From NCBI RefSeq assembly GCF_963921235.1, contig NC_086097.1, forward strand, positions 20,586,001 through 20,650,000: a stretch of DNA of 64,000 bases, given 5' to 3'. Both the position numbers and the translations under genes were made by a program. This stretch comes from Mobula hypostoma. Lineage: Eukaryota. The notes under the pieces are model-generated. The model ran no database searches, had not been told where the DNA came from, and was given only the letters and a program-made list of their open reading frames with translations. This document shows positions 13,865 to 25,634 of this stretch, in pieces. Numbering within the stretch: position 1 is the stretch's first letter; each line of letters opens with the position of its first letter.

Positions 13865-14643
13865 ACAAGAAGTTCTGCAGATGCTGGATATCCAAAGTAA
13901 CACAAACACAATGTTGGAGTACCTCATCAGGTCAGGCAGCATCTATGGAAAGAAATAGAGTCAATGTTTCAGACCGAGACTCTTCAACGGGACTATGTAC
14001 TAAAACTTCCTCACCCCTTTAAATGAGGGGCTGAATCATTTGATGTGTTAAATTTGCTCGATTTTATTTACTCTGTATTTTTCCACCTAGCTCACATTCA
14101 TCTGCTTCTTTCAGATTGTCAGCTTTTGTTTTTGAATGATGGCTGTCTGAAATTGTATGAGCTGAACATTATCGGTTCCATAATCTTTGCTAAGTAAAAG
14201 AAAATAGGATTCATAATCACTATTTACTGCATAATATACTAACTATGCAGAACTACAATTATAAAAAAAACAGATAACGTTTCGGTTGATTTAAGTTGCA
14301 AACTTGGTGAGGTGGTTTTAGTGATTATATCTGGCTTGGCTCATTCCACTTCTGGGAACATTTGCAAGAACTAGGAAGTATAGCATCAATGTAGTGCCAA
14401 TGATAACATCAAAATTGCCCTGAGGAAATTCAACATGACATCTAAAAGCGGGGAAGGCAATAGATGCAGCTGGAGGAAGTCTGTTCAAGAGGGAGCTGTG
14501 CTACATGAAAGTGACCTTTATTGTGCCACAGAGAACAAGTGGCAGATGTGAAAGGAGAGAATGAACTACCAAAAAACCCAACCACCCAAACCACAGCCAT
14601 GACTTACTCGTGCCCACACTGCACCAGAATATGTCGATCCTGG

Positions 14644-14922
14644 GGCTGGCTGATGACGCAGTGACATCAGTGCCGGACTCTGGAACGGAGGTTCCTGGGT
14701 TCGAACCCAGCCGGGTCTGCTCTCGAGTACAATTTCCGTCCGTGCCGGGTTGAGTGTCGAGATCGCAACTCGACCTCGTAAAAAATACTGCGAAATGTCT
14801 GTGTGAGGAGTGGTGTGTCACACAGTCTCTCTCCCTGGCTCCGCACCTGGTAAAGGCATGAAAAAGACATCGTCCCACCAATATCGCACACGCACGGATG
14901 CACGCACACGACAAACAAAAAA
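14644..14922 (+). mobile_element. Young tRNA-derived SINE inserted in an RTE-like LINE 3' end
   Basis: B-box GGTTCGAACCC at 14698-14708, A-rich tail, and 18-bp TSD agaatatgtc(g/a)atcctgg at 14626-14643 and 14923-14940. Confidence 0.8.
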
Positions 14923-15214
14923 AGAATATGTCAATCCTGGATTGGCCTCTACATCCACCCGAGGACCCACCCCATAGGAGAACATCTTACTCAACTCGAG
15001 TGATCGCACTTCTACTGGTACCAACTCAGGGTTATTACGACAGCTATATGAGTCATTCAATGAGGGCAATTTGCGTTATGACAATGGAAAAACAGTTCAC
15101 ATTGCAGACGTGTAAGGAGATCACCAATTCTCCACAAAATGTGACAGGGAGAGAGTATTTCTAAAAATAAAGAACAGATGATTACATAACACAACTGGAA
15201 GTTAATATTTTAAG

Positions 15215-16605
15215 CAAAACACAAGATGCCGGAGGAGCTCAGCAGGCCAGGGAGCATCTATGGAAAAGATTAAACTGTTGACATTTCGGGCTGAGACCCT
15301 TCATCAGGACTGGAGAAAAAAGATGAGTGGTCAGGGTAAGAAGTGGGGGAGAGTGGAGGGGAGGAAGAAGTGCAAGGTGGTAGGTGATAGGTGAAACCGG
15401 GAGGGGGGAGGGGTGAAGTAAAGAGCTCGTTAGTTGATTGATGAAAGAGATAAATGGCTGGAGAAGGGGGAATCTGATAGGAGAGGACAGAAGGCCATGG
15501 GAAAAAGGGAAGGGGGAGGAGCATCAGAGGGAGGTGATGGGCAGGTAAGGAGAGAAGATGAGACAGGGAAATGGGATGGGGAATGGTGAAGGAGAGTTGG
15601 GGGTCATCACCAGAAGTTTGAGAAATCGATGTTCATGCCATCAGGTTGGAGGCTACCCAGATGGAATATAAGGTGTTGCTACTCCAATCTGAGGGTGGCC
15701 TCATCGCGGCAGTAGAGGAAGCCATGGACTGTCTTGTCGGAATGGGAAGTGGAATTAAAATGGCTGGCCACTGGGAGAACCCACTTTTTCTGGTGGACAG
15801 AGCATAGCTGCTTGGCGAAGTGGTCTCCCAATCTACGTTGGGTCTCACCGATATACAGGAGGCCACACTGGGAGCACCAGATACAGTAGATGACACCAAC
15901 AGACTCATAAGTGAAGTGTTGCCTCACCTGGAAGGACTGTTTGAGGCCCTGAATGGCAGTGAGGGAGGAAATATAAGGGCAGATGTAAGACTTGTTCTAC
16001 TTGCAAGGATAAGTGCCAGGAGGGAGATCAGTGGGGAAGGACGAATGGACAAGAGAGTCACGTTGGGAGCGATCTCTGTGGAAAACAGAAGGGGAGTGGG
16101 AGGGAAAGATGTGCTTGGTGATGGGATCCATTGGAGATGGCAGAAGTTATGGAGAATTATGTGCTGGATGCGGAGGCTGGTGGGGTGGTAGATGAAGACT
16201 AGGAACCTTATCCTTGATGGGGTGGCAGGAGGATGGGGTGAGGGGTGACATGCGTGAAATGGAAGAGATGTAGGTGAGGGGAGCGTTGATGGTGGAGGAA
16301 AGGAAGCCCCTTTCTTTGAATAAGGTGGATATCTCCTTAGTTCTGGAATGAAAAGGCTAATCCTGAAAGCAGATGAGGTGGAGACGAAGGAATTGAGAGA
16401 AGGGGATGGCATTTTTACAAGTGACAGGGTGGGAAGAGGTATAGTCTATGTAGCTGTGGGAATCAGTGGGTTTATAATGGATATCAGTACATAAGCTGTC
16501 TCCAGAGATAGAGACAGAGAGATCGAGAAAATGGAAGAAGGTGTCAGAAATGGACCAGGTAAATTTGAAGGCGGGTGGAAGTTGGCAGCAAAGTTGATGA
16601 AGTCT
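15215..16605 (-). mobile_element. Degenerate Penelope-like element (RT thumb region, GIY-YIG endonuclease, terminal repeat)
   Basis: ORF 15679..15927 GVIYCIWCSQCGLLYIGETQRRLGDHF is a GIY-YIG motif. Terminal region carries a hammerhead-like motif. Confidence 0.85.
15275..15312 (-). ncRNA. Minimal type I hammerhead ribozyme motif (Penelope-associated), core boxes intact but stem I mismatched
   Basis: Minus strand reads cagtc-CTGATGA-agggtctcagccc-GAAA-tgtc-aacag. Confidence 0.6.
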
Positions 16606-16936
16606 GTTTTTGTTTCATGTTGTTGTCACATTTGACTTTAATCTTTGCTTCATCCTAATAATAGTCGACATTTTTGTTCTCTCCTTGCATTCCCTCTTTC
16701 CTTACATTTTAAACCTTAGTTTACAATTAACCTTTCCCAATTCTGATAAAAGGTCATCAGCCTGAAGCATTAACTGTTTTTCTCTCCACAACTTCTATTG
16801 GATCTTTTGAGAATTTCCTGTATTTTCTTTCTTTTTTGCTTTGATGCTTTGATTAGTTTCCAGCCAACACAATTCCATTAAAACCACCTTCCTCCCTATG
16901 CAACAGCTGTGTACAACTGTGTCTGTCTTGTTTCAG

Positions 16937-17023
16937 AACTGGTTAGGATATACCAAGAAGAAAGCACCAATTGGATTTCATCGAGTTGTTGACATCTTGG
17001 ACAAGAACAATGCCCCAGTTGAG
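16937..17023 (+). CDS. VIPAS39: VIPAS39 coding exon, [29 protein letters not shown]
   Basis: Acceptor tgtttcAG, donor GTaaga, 87 nt, phase 0. Near-identical to remembered human [21 protein letters not shown]. Confidence 0.96.
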
Positions 17024-17297
17024 GTAAGACCCCAGCTACCAAAACTACATAGAGAGGTTCATTTTACTCTGTGCTTTCTTGTTGAATACTGAAAATAAAA
17101 CAGGTCATGATCTCTGAGAGGCAGCAATGAGTCTTCCCTCTTTTGGTGTCTATGTGATGATCTCAGCACCAAATATAAGAGGGTTTCTGCATTCACTGTT
17201 TTACAATGACCAGGTGGTGTCGCATTTTACAGTTCCTTTTGTACCAACTTCAAGCATTCTCGTGTTCCTACCTCGCATTGGTACAGAAGGCTTGCAT

Positions 17298-17920
17298 TTA
17301 ATAATAATAATAATGATAATGATAATACTTTATTGATCCCAAGTGAAAAATTCTTTCATTACAGCAGCAACAATTAAAAACACAACTTAGCAGTGTGAAG
17401 ACTTTAATAATAAAGTACAGAATAATAATATACACAATAATATTGTACCTATGTGCAATAACATACAGTAATAATGTATGAAATAATAAAACAGAGACTA
17501 TTGTGCTATGATATGTGTTCTCCTGTTGCACGGAGATGAACTGTTGTTCATGCTTATTGCATTTGGGAGGAAAGATTTTCTGTTACGATCCTTGTGACAG
17601 CGAAGCTGAATGAGTTTGTTCGAAAAGGTGCTCCACTGCTTATTCAATAGGTCATGGAGAGGATGTGCCAGATTGTCCATAGCGGATGACAGTTTGTATA
17701 GTGACCTCCTCTCTGCCACTAACTGAAAAGAGTCCGGGTTGTAGCCAAGGACGGATCCAGCCTTTTTGATGGGCTTATTTAGTCTTTTTGCATCACCAGC
17801 ACCGATGCTGCTCCTCCAACATAAAGCTGCGAAGAAGACTGCACTCGCTACAAAGGAATGGTAAAAGATTCCCAACATCCTGCTACACACATTGAAGGAT
17901 CTCAGCTTTCTTAGAAAATA
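17298..17920 (-). mobile_element. Rex1/Babar-type LINE 3' fragment with (TAT)n tail
   Basis: ORF 17498..17932 resembles ORF 54299..54670. (taa)n microsatellite at 17298-17327. Confidence 0.75.
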
Positions 17921-18059
17921 GATAGTGCCCATTCTTATTGGGCCTTGAGAAGGAGCTGAGATATGGCCTTGAACTCCTGCAGTCCTTCTAGTGAAGCTAT
18001 TTATTTATACAATATTAGTGGTATGAAGTTCTGGGATTGAGATCCAGTGACAGAATATA

Positions 18060-18660
18060 GAACACAGAGCAGTGCAGTACAGACCCATTGGCCCACAAAC
18101 TCCATTTTTTTTTCATCCATGTGCCTCATCTAAGAGTCTCTTACATCTCCCTCTACCACTACCCCTGGCAGTGTGTGCCATACACTTAGTTCTCTCTGTG
18201 TTTAAAAAAAACCTACCTCTGAGATCCCCCACTACTTTCTTCCAATCACCTTAAAATTCGCCTAGCGATTTCTGCCCTGGGAGAAAGGTGCTGACTGTCC
18301 ACTCTTATCTATGCCTCTTATCATCTTATACACCTCTATTTTCTCTCATCCTCCTTCGCTCTGAAGAGAAAAGCAGTAGATCACTCAAACTTTCCTCATA
18401 AACTATGCTCTCTAATCCAGACACCATCCTGGTAAATCTTCTCTGTACCCTCTCTAAAGCACCCAAATCTTTCCTATAATGAGATGACCAGAACGGAACA
18501 CCATACTCTGTGTGGTCAAAACCAGAGTTTTATAAAGCTACAGCATTACCTCATGGCTCTTGAACTCGATTCCCTGACTAATGAAGGGTTATACACCGTA
18601 CATCTTCTTAACCACCTGATCAACTTAACGCAGCAAGATGATGAGGGACTAGCGATACAT
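18060..18660 (-). mobile_element. Degenerate CR1 3' fragment
   Basis: Nucleotide similarity to the other CR1 3' ends in the window. Confidence 0.65.
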
Positions 18661-18814
18661 ATTCAAGTAAGGACACTGTGCAACCTGGAGAGGAACCTGC
18701 AGGTGGTGGTGGTGTTATTATGACACGTTAACATGTTGTCCTCCTTCGTGGTAGAAGTTTGGTGTTTGAAAGGTGCTGTTGGAGTAACCTAAGCAAGCAA
18801 CTGCAGTGAATTTA

Positions 18815-19090
18815 TTTATTGAGATACAGCACAGAAGCCTCCGGCCCTTTGAGCTGTGCTACCTAGCAATCCCTGATTTAATTTGAGCCTAATCACAGGA
18901 CAATTTACCATGACCAATTAACCTGCTAACCAGTACGCCTTCGGACTGTGGGTGGAACCAGGAGCACCCGGAGGAAACCCATGTGGTCACGGGAGAACAT
19001 ACAAACTCCTTACAGGCAGTGGCAGGAACTGCAGTGAGTCCCTGTACCATGAAGTGTTGTGCTAACCACCACACGACCATGCCACCCTAG
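18815..19090 (-). mobile_element. V-SINE (HE1-like); further copies at about 30555-30745, 45385-45640, 50790-51030 and 53150-53390
   Basis: Minus strand contains the V-domain-like ggagtttgtatgttctcccgtgacc...gggtttcctccgggtgctcc. Sister copies carry a B box (ggaattgaaccc on the + strand). Confidence 0.7.
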
Positions 19091-19925
19091 TGGGTGGTGC
19101 ACACTGCAGCTGCTTGCCAGCGAAGCAAGGCCTTGTGCTGAATGGTATTGAATCTTGTTGGAGCCGTGTTCATTGTGAAAAGTGAGGACAGTTCCATCAG
19201 TTCTGAATTGTGCCTTGGAGGCAATGGAAAGGGACATGTGTGTAATTGGGTAGTGAGGGCACGTTAGGCCAAGAGATCCTGTTACCCTCCAGTATCAAGC
19301 TGAATTGCGTTTGTCTGTGGCTGCACTAATGCATGATTGGGCTGCTGTGGCCTTGTTCTTGCTGACAACAACTTACAGGACACAACTCTCAGAGATTTGG
19401 GCTATATTATTATTATTTTTGTGACTGTATGTTTACTGTTTTCAGAATTCTATGTGCCTTGTGCTGTGTATGACAGCTAGTACTGCGTTTTGCATCTTGG
19501 CCCCAGAGGAACCGTGTTTCATTTGGCTGTATTCATATGTATGGTTAAATGACAATTAAACTTAAACTTGACGTTGAAGTAAATGTCATGAGGTGAGTTG
19601 CTTTCATCAGAATGCCAAGCCCATGGCTTGTCATCTTGGTATTGATGTGGGTGGCCCATTTGGGATTCTGGCCAATGATGGCATCAGGATGCAGATGATA
19701 AAGGACTTGGTGATGGCAATCCCATTGATTGTCAAGAGTAAGAGATTGAATTCTCCCTTGTCAGGAATATTCACTGCTTAAAACTTCTGTGACGTGAATG
19801 TTAGTTGCTGCTTATTGACCCAGCTCTTCTGCGTGCAGGTGTGGACTGGTGCTTTTGCTGAGGGTTAGGAATGAGATTTATTGTTGTTCACTCATCAAGG
19901 AACGTGATCCCACTCGCCACCTTAT

Positions 19926-21541
19926 TGCAACAGCTGTGTGGTGCTCGTCTTATCTCATGTGACTGGTCGTCGCACTCTTTATGAGAAAAATCAAATTACA
20001 TAGTACTACACTCGGTGCTAGTAGGTCATCAGAAGCTCTAGATATCAGAAGGAGGCAGTGAATAGAAAACACACACTTCTGGATGTTATACAAAATATTT
20101 ACATGAGTAAGAATAATTCAAAATTCCAACATTCTGTTTAGGTTTCAAATCTCAGATATCAACAAAAAACAAATTCCTTGTTAGTTAGAATCAGTGAGAT
20201 TCATTAGAATAACCTTTATTACTCCAATTTCTCTAACTCATTAGATCTAGTGTTATTCTAGATCTAATTTGAAGATTTACAGACTAACCTTTCCTTTTTA
20301 GTTATCCCTAGTTAGTTGGAAAACTCATTGAACTCCTATTCTTAAGTATTATGGTTAATTTCAGTTTCAGTTCAAGCCAGTATTCCTACTAATTCTAATT
20401 CAAATTAAAAAATTAGGTGGGCACGTGGCCAAGTGGTTAAGGCATTGGACTAGGCAACGTGTGTTGTGTCCTTGAGCAAGGCACTTAATCACACATTTCT
20501 CTGTAACGACACTGGTGCCAAGCTGTATGGGTCCTAATGCTCTTCCCTTGGACAACATTGGTGTTGTGGAGAGGGGAAACTTGCAGCATGGGCAACTGCT
20601 GGTCTTCCATACAACCTTGCCCAGGCCTGTGCCCTGGAGAGTGAAGACTTTCCAGGCGCAGATCCATGGTCTCGCAAGACTAACGGATGCCTTTACTTTT
20701 AAAAAATTATATATCTATCCAGCTTAATTCCTTTCACAACAATTCTCCAACATCATAACTTTTAAACAAAGTAAATCTCATTCAGTAACTTATCAGTCTT
20801 TACAAAAATCATCAGTTCTTGTAGAAAATCAAGTTCAGATCCATCAAGTGAAATTAAACTTGTACATCCAACTGTATTAAATCTTCTACATCATCAAACA
20901 TTTCGTTCCCCCACTGGTTCTTTGATCCTGAGTGGTATGCCATCTTGTTTCTTGTTTTGTTGGATGAAATAATTGATCATCCATGGAGTCAATTCACAAT
21001 AGTTACACAAAAAAAAACCTGACCTGTATACAACAGGATTACAATCTGTAAGTTTTTATACACATTCTATTTTCAATTTCAAAATAACTCAATATCACAT
21101 TGTCATTTCCAAACATTTCTCCGTTACAACACTACTGAACGTACTTCACACACAAATTTATACACTCGACCAGATCCCTTGGTATGATTTAATAGAACTA
21201 CTTCCAGGTGCCGATATTGTCTAGTTACAGCTGCTGCTTGTTATAGCCGTAGCTTCAATAGATCTTTTATCACCATCATCTCTCCTCCAGGGGTTTCACC
21301 CTGAGGTTTTCAAGTAAGTAGAGATACTCACTGCTAATTCCACATTTAACAATTTATACCTTTAGTTTCTGATTGCTGCATTTCTCTCGCTTTCCTACAC
21401 TGTGTCAGCCACACCTGGTTCTCGCAAAGCTTTTTTTTCCTCAAGTTCTTTTTTTAAAAAAATTGGTAAACCTCGTTTTCATCCCTCCACAGGTGGAGCT
21501 TTCTAACATTACATCTTTGGGTTTAATTATCCTGGGTTACA
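19926..21541 (-). mobile_element. Probable solo LTR (about 1.3 kb without the nested SINE)
   Basis: Ends TGCAAC...GTTACA with 4-bp TSD TTAT (19922-19925 and 21542-21545). Interrupts a LINE RT remnant that resumes after 21545. Confidence 0.7.
20416..20698 (+). mobile_element. tRNA-derived SINE nested in the solo LTR
   Basis: A-box-like tggccaagtggttaagg and CORE/MIR-like gtgtccttgagcaaggcacttaa. 11-bp TSD ttaaaaaatta at 20405-20415 and 20699-20709. Confidence 0.75.
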
Positions 21542-22464
21542 TTATGGTGGAAGAAAATTCATTGATGAAGTGGCTGAAGATTCAGATTCAGATTTATTGA
21601 TCACGTGCACGGAAACATACAATGAAATGCGTCATTTGCGTTAACAACCAGCACATCTAAGGATGGTGTGGGAGCAGCCCACGAGTGCAGTGCCACCTGA
21701 CATTCTGGTACCAACATAGCAACCCACAATGTTCAGCAGGACAACACAAGCAGCAGCAACAATAACAGCAAAACAAGCCCCTTTCCCACCTCTCCTCTCC
21801 TCTCTCCTCTCTCTCACACCACACCACACCACACATAAAAACGCAAACCCCATGACAAGCCGCCACCAGGCCCTGGATTCTCAGACGTCAGGACTCCAGC
21901 CTCCAGTCCCTGGCTGGAATCTCAGACATCGGACCTCTGACGGTTGGCTCTGAGACTGCCCTGGGGAACTCCTGCAGTGATGGTTGAGCTCCGTTGCCAC
22001 AACCATCCATTTCTGTGCGAGATTTGACATCAATCATTTTCTCCTTGTGTCCACTGAGTTTATTTTTACCAGGTCTCCTTGATGCCACAAAAAAGCCCCC
22101 AAAAAATGACATTTTCACATCATGTAAGACAGTGATGATAAACCAATGCCAATAAACCTGATTGTGATCAAATGTGCCTTGAATCAAGGGCAGTCACTCT
22201 CACTTCTGGGGTGCATGTCAAGGATAAAGTTATGATATCGTCTAGAGCTGGTCCTGACTACATGATCAACAGTTGCTGCATAACTGGACTGTTGGTGACA
22301 CCTTCCGTGACCTGATGATTGAGAGGAAGCCCATGAGTGTGATGTGGGTGTTCCTGTAACACATGGGATCCTTAGTAGAAAGGATGCTTCCTTAGAATGG
22401 TACAGCACCAAAAGAGGCCAATCACAGACCTGCCTGCTCTTTTGTAAAACTATCCGATTACAGT

Positions 22465-22960
22465 CATAGAATCACAGAGCACCACAGCACAGAAGCAGGC
22501 CCTTCAGCCCATCTAGTTGGTGCCAAACTATTACTCTGCTTAGTCCCCACTGACCTGCAGCTGGACCATGGCTCTCCATACCCCTCCCATCCATGTACTC
22601 ATCCAAACTTCTCTTAAATGTTGAAATTGAACCTGCATCCACCACTTCCTCTGGAAGCTTATCCACACTCGCATCTCACATCACCCTCCGAGTGAAGGCG
22701 TTCCCCCTCAGGCTCCCTTTCACCCTTAACCTATGACCTCTAGTTCTAGTCTCACCCAACTTCAGTGGAAAAAGCCTGCTTTCATTTATCTATCTGTATC
22801 CTTCACAATTTTGTGTACCTCTGTCAAACCTCCTAAGCTCCAGGGAATAAAGTACTAACCTATTCGACCTTTCCCTATAACTCAGGACCTCAAGTCCCGG
22901 CAACATCCTTGTAAGGTTTCTCTGCACTCTGTCAGTCATATTGATATTTTTCCTTCGTTT
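22465..22960 (-). mobile_element. CR1 LINE 3' end
   Basis: LPEEVVDAGSISTFKRSLDEYM peptide and similarity to 9660-10170. Confidence 0.8.
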
Positions 22961-23179
22961 CCTCATGGATCTGTAATTTTTTTCCCAGAAATTTATTCAG
23001 TTCTTCTGTGATTATTTAATCTACTTCGACTAATCTTGCAGGCATCCCAGATTGGAACAGAATCAGAATTTATTGTTTTGCAGCAGCAAAAAGTACAATG
23101 CATTAAAAACACTATAAATCACAATAAGAAATATTTATAAGAGTTAAATTAATTAAGTAATACTAAAAGAAAGCAAAAA

Positions 23180-24800
23180 GAGTGAGGTTCATTGGTTGAT
23201 TGTCTATTCAGAAATCTGATGGTGGAGGGGAAGAAGTTGTTCCAAAGACATTGAATTGAATTAACTTCATTTGCATCCTTCACATATGTGAGGAGTAAAA
23301 ATCTTTATGTTAGGTCTCCTTCTGTATGTGCAATGTGCAATTTATAGTAATTTGTAATAAATTATGTACAACAGGACAGTCAATATAGAATAGAAATAAA
23401 ATTATATCAGTGTGAATTAATCAGTCTGATGGCCTGGTGGAAGAAGCTGTCCCGGAGCCTGTTGGTCCTGGCTTTTATGCTCAGGTACCATTTCCCAGAT
23501 GGTAGCAGCTAGAACAGTTTGTGGTTGGGGTGACTTGGGTCCCCAATGATCTGTTGGGCCCTTTTTATGCACCTGTGTTTGTAAATGTTCTGAATAGTGG
23601 GAAGTTCACATCTACAGATGCGCTGGGCTGTCCGCACCACCCTCTGCAGAATCCTGTGATTGAGGGAAGTACAGTTCCCATACCAGGCAGTGATGTAACC
23701 AGTCAGGATGCTCTCAGTTGTGCCCCTGTAGAAAGGATTTAGGGATCCTTACCAAACTTCTTCAACCGTCTGAGGTGAAAGAAGAGCTGTTTGTGCTTTT
23801 TTCACTACACAGCCAGTATGTACAGACCACATGAGATCCTCAGTGATGTTTATGCTGAGGAACTTAAAGCTGTTCACCCTCTCAACCCCAAATCCATTGA
23901 TGTCAATAGGGGATAGCCTGTCTCCATTCCTCCTGTAGTCCACAACCAGCTCCTTTGTTTTTGTGACTTTGAGGGAGAGGTTGTTTTCTTAACACCACTG
24001 TGTCAGGGTGATGACTTCTTCTCTGTCGGCTGCCTTGTTATTATTTGAGATAAGGCCAATCAATGTAATATCGTCAGCAAATTTAATTAGCAAATTTGAG
24101 CTGTGGGTAGTGACACAATCATGGGTATACAGAGAGTAAAGGATGGGGCTTAGGACACAGCCCTGAGGGGCACCTGTGTTGAGGGTCAGAGAGGCAGAAG
24201 TGAGGGAGCCCACTCTTACCACAGGAAGTCCAGGATCCAGCTGAACAAGACAGGGGAGGCCAAGGTCTCTGAGCTTCTTGTCAAGCCTGGAGGGAATTAT
24301 GGTGTTGAATGCTGAACTGTAGTCCAAGAACAGCATTCTCACATAAGCATCCTCCTTCTCCAGATGTGTAAGGATGGTGTGTAGAGCAGTGGCTATTGCT
24401 TCATCTATTGATCAGTTGTGTCGGTAGTGAATTGTAGAGGGTTCAGTGTGGGTGGTAGCATGCTGCAGATGTGGTCCTTGACCAGCCTCTCAAAGCATTT
24501 GCTTATTATTGAGGTGATTGAGTGCAACAGGGCACCAATCGTTTAGTCATGTAACCTTGGTCTTTTTAGTGCAGGGACGATGATGGATGTTTTGAAGCAG
24601 GAGGGCACTCTACACTGGGAGAGGGAGAGATTAAAAGTGTCAGTAAACACACCTGCCAGTTGTGCCACGCACATCCTGAGTACCCACCCTGGGACGCTGT
24701 CGGTCCTGCAGCCTTGCGACTGTCCACTTGTTGTAAACACCAGCGTACTTCAGCCTCAGAGATGACCAAGGTTCAGGTCACTTCAGGGGCTCAGTGTTTG
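23180..24800 (-). mobile_element. Rex1/Babar-type LINE RT fragment(s)
   Basis: [14 protein letters not shown]...[21 protein letters not shown]...KFADD in ORF 23989..24342. Confidence 0.85.
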
Positions 24801-25031
24801 CGATATCAAACCGAGTGTAGAAAAGATTTGAGTGTGTGTCTTCAAGTCCCCGAACCTCTGCTGTGATGGTGGTAATAAAAAAGAGGGCATATCCTGGGAG
24901 ATGGGAGTCTTAACCATGGATGAATGATAAATAGCTCTGTTAAAAACTATTCCCTAACAGGTCAACTTTATCTCACCTATAGTATTAAAAATTACAACAA
25001 TTTTCATCAACACTGTTACATTCTGCTTTAG

Positions 25032-25121
25032 GTTACTCAGGAATACGTAGCTTTAGTGGACAACACAGAACTGAAGTTAAACCTTGCAACAAAATTAAAG
25101 TGTCATAACATTGTGATTGAT
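25032..25121 (+). CDS. VIPAS39: VIPAS39 coding exon, VTQEYVALVDNTELKLNLATKLKCHNIVID
   Basis: Acceptor ctgctttAG, donor GTaagt, 90 nt, phase 0. Resembles remembered human QEYVNLVED..KLNLATKFKCHDVVID. Confidence 0.93.
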
Positions 25122-25244
25122 GTAAGTATGGTATTGAATTTTTATTTATCATTGTATAATATTATAAATATATTATGTATAATATTGAAATTGTTATTTT
25201 ATCAGAAGGTGAAAAATTCATGTCTCCTTCCAGTTAAAAAAAAT

Positions 25245-25625
25245 TCCCTCTCCCTTCCCTCTTCTTCTATTCCCCACTCTGGCCTCTTACATCTTCTCAC
25301 CTGCCTATCACCTTCCCCTTGGGTCCCCTCCTCCTTCCCTTTCTCCTATGGGCCACTCTTCTCTCCTATCAGGTTCCTTCCTCTCCAGTCCTTTACCTTT
25401 CCTACCCACTGGCTTCATCTATCATCTTCTAGCTATCCTCCTTCCCTTCCCCCCACCATTTTATTCTGGCATCTTCCCCCTTCCTTTCTAGTACTGAAGA
25501 TGTGTCCCGGCTCGAACGTCGACTGTTTATTCATTTCCATAGATGCTGCCTGACCTGCTGCGTTTCTCCAATCTTTTGTGTGTGTTGCTCTGGACTTCCA
25601 GCATCTGCAGAATTTCTTGTGTTTA
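25245..25625 (+). mobile_element. Penelope-derived terminal fragment; related fragments at about 39070-39380, 49060-49180, 62620-62740 and 63270-64000
   Basis: Pyrimidine-rich body followed by a degenerate hammerhead box and the gatgctgcctgacctgctg...cagcatctgcag terminus shared with the element at 42540-42962. Confidence 0.7.
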
Positions 25626-25634
25626 TGAGACAAG

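Noticed and set aside
14644..14715. tRNA gene (also considered at 20416-20460)
   Set aside because: No complete cloverleaf. Both are SINE heads followed by a body, tail and TSD.
20700..21541. Endogenous viral coding sequence on the minus strand of the AT-rich block
   Set aside because: The frames I translated by hand gave only short stop-interrupted peptides with no motif I can identify. The LTR-like ends and TSD explain the block better.
25056..25553. 165-aa ORF as a novel protein
   Set aside because: It is part of a VIPAS39 exon read through the donor into AT-rich intron and a Penelope remnant.
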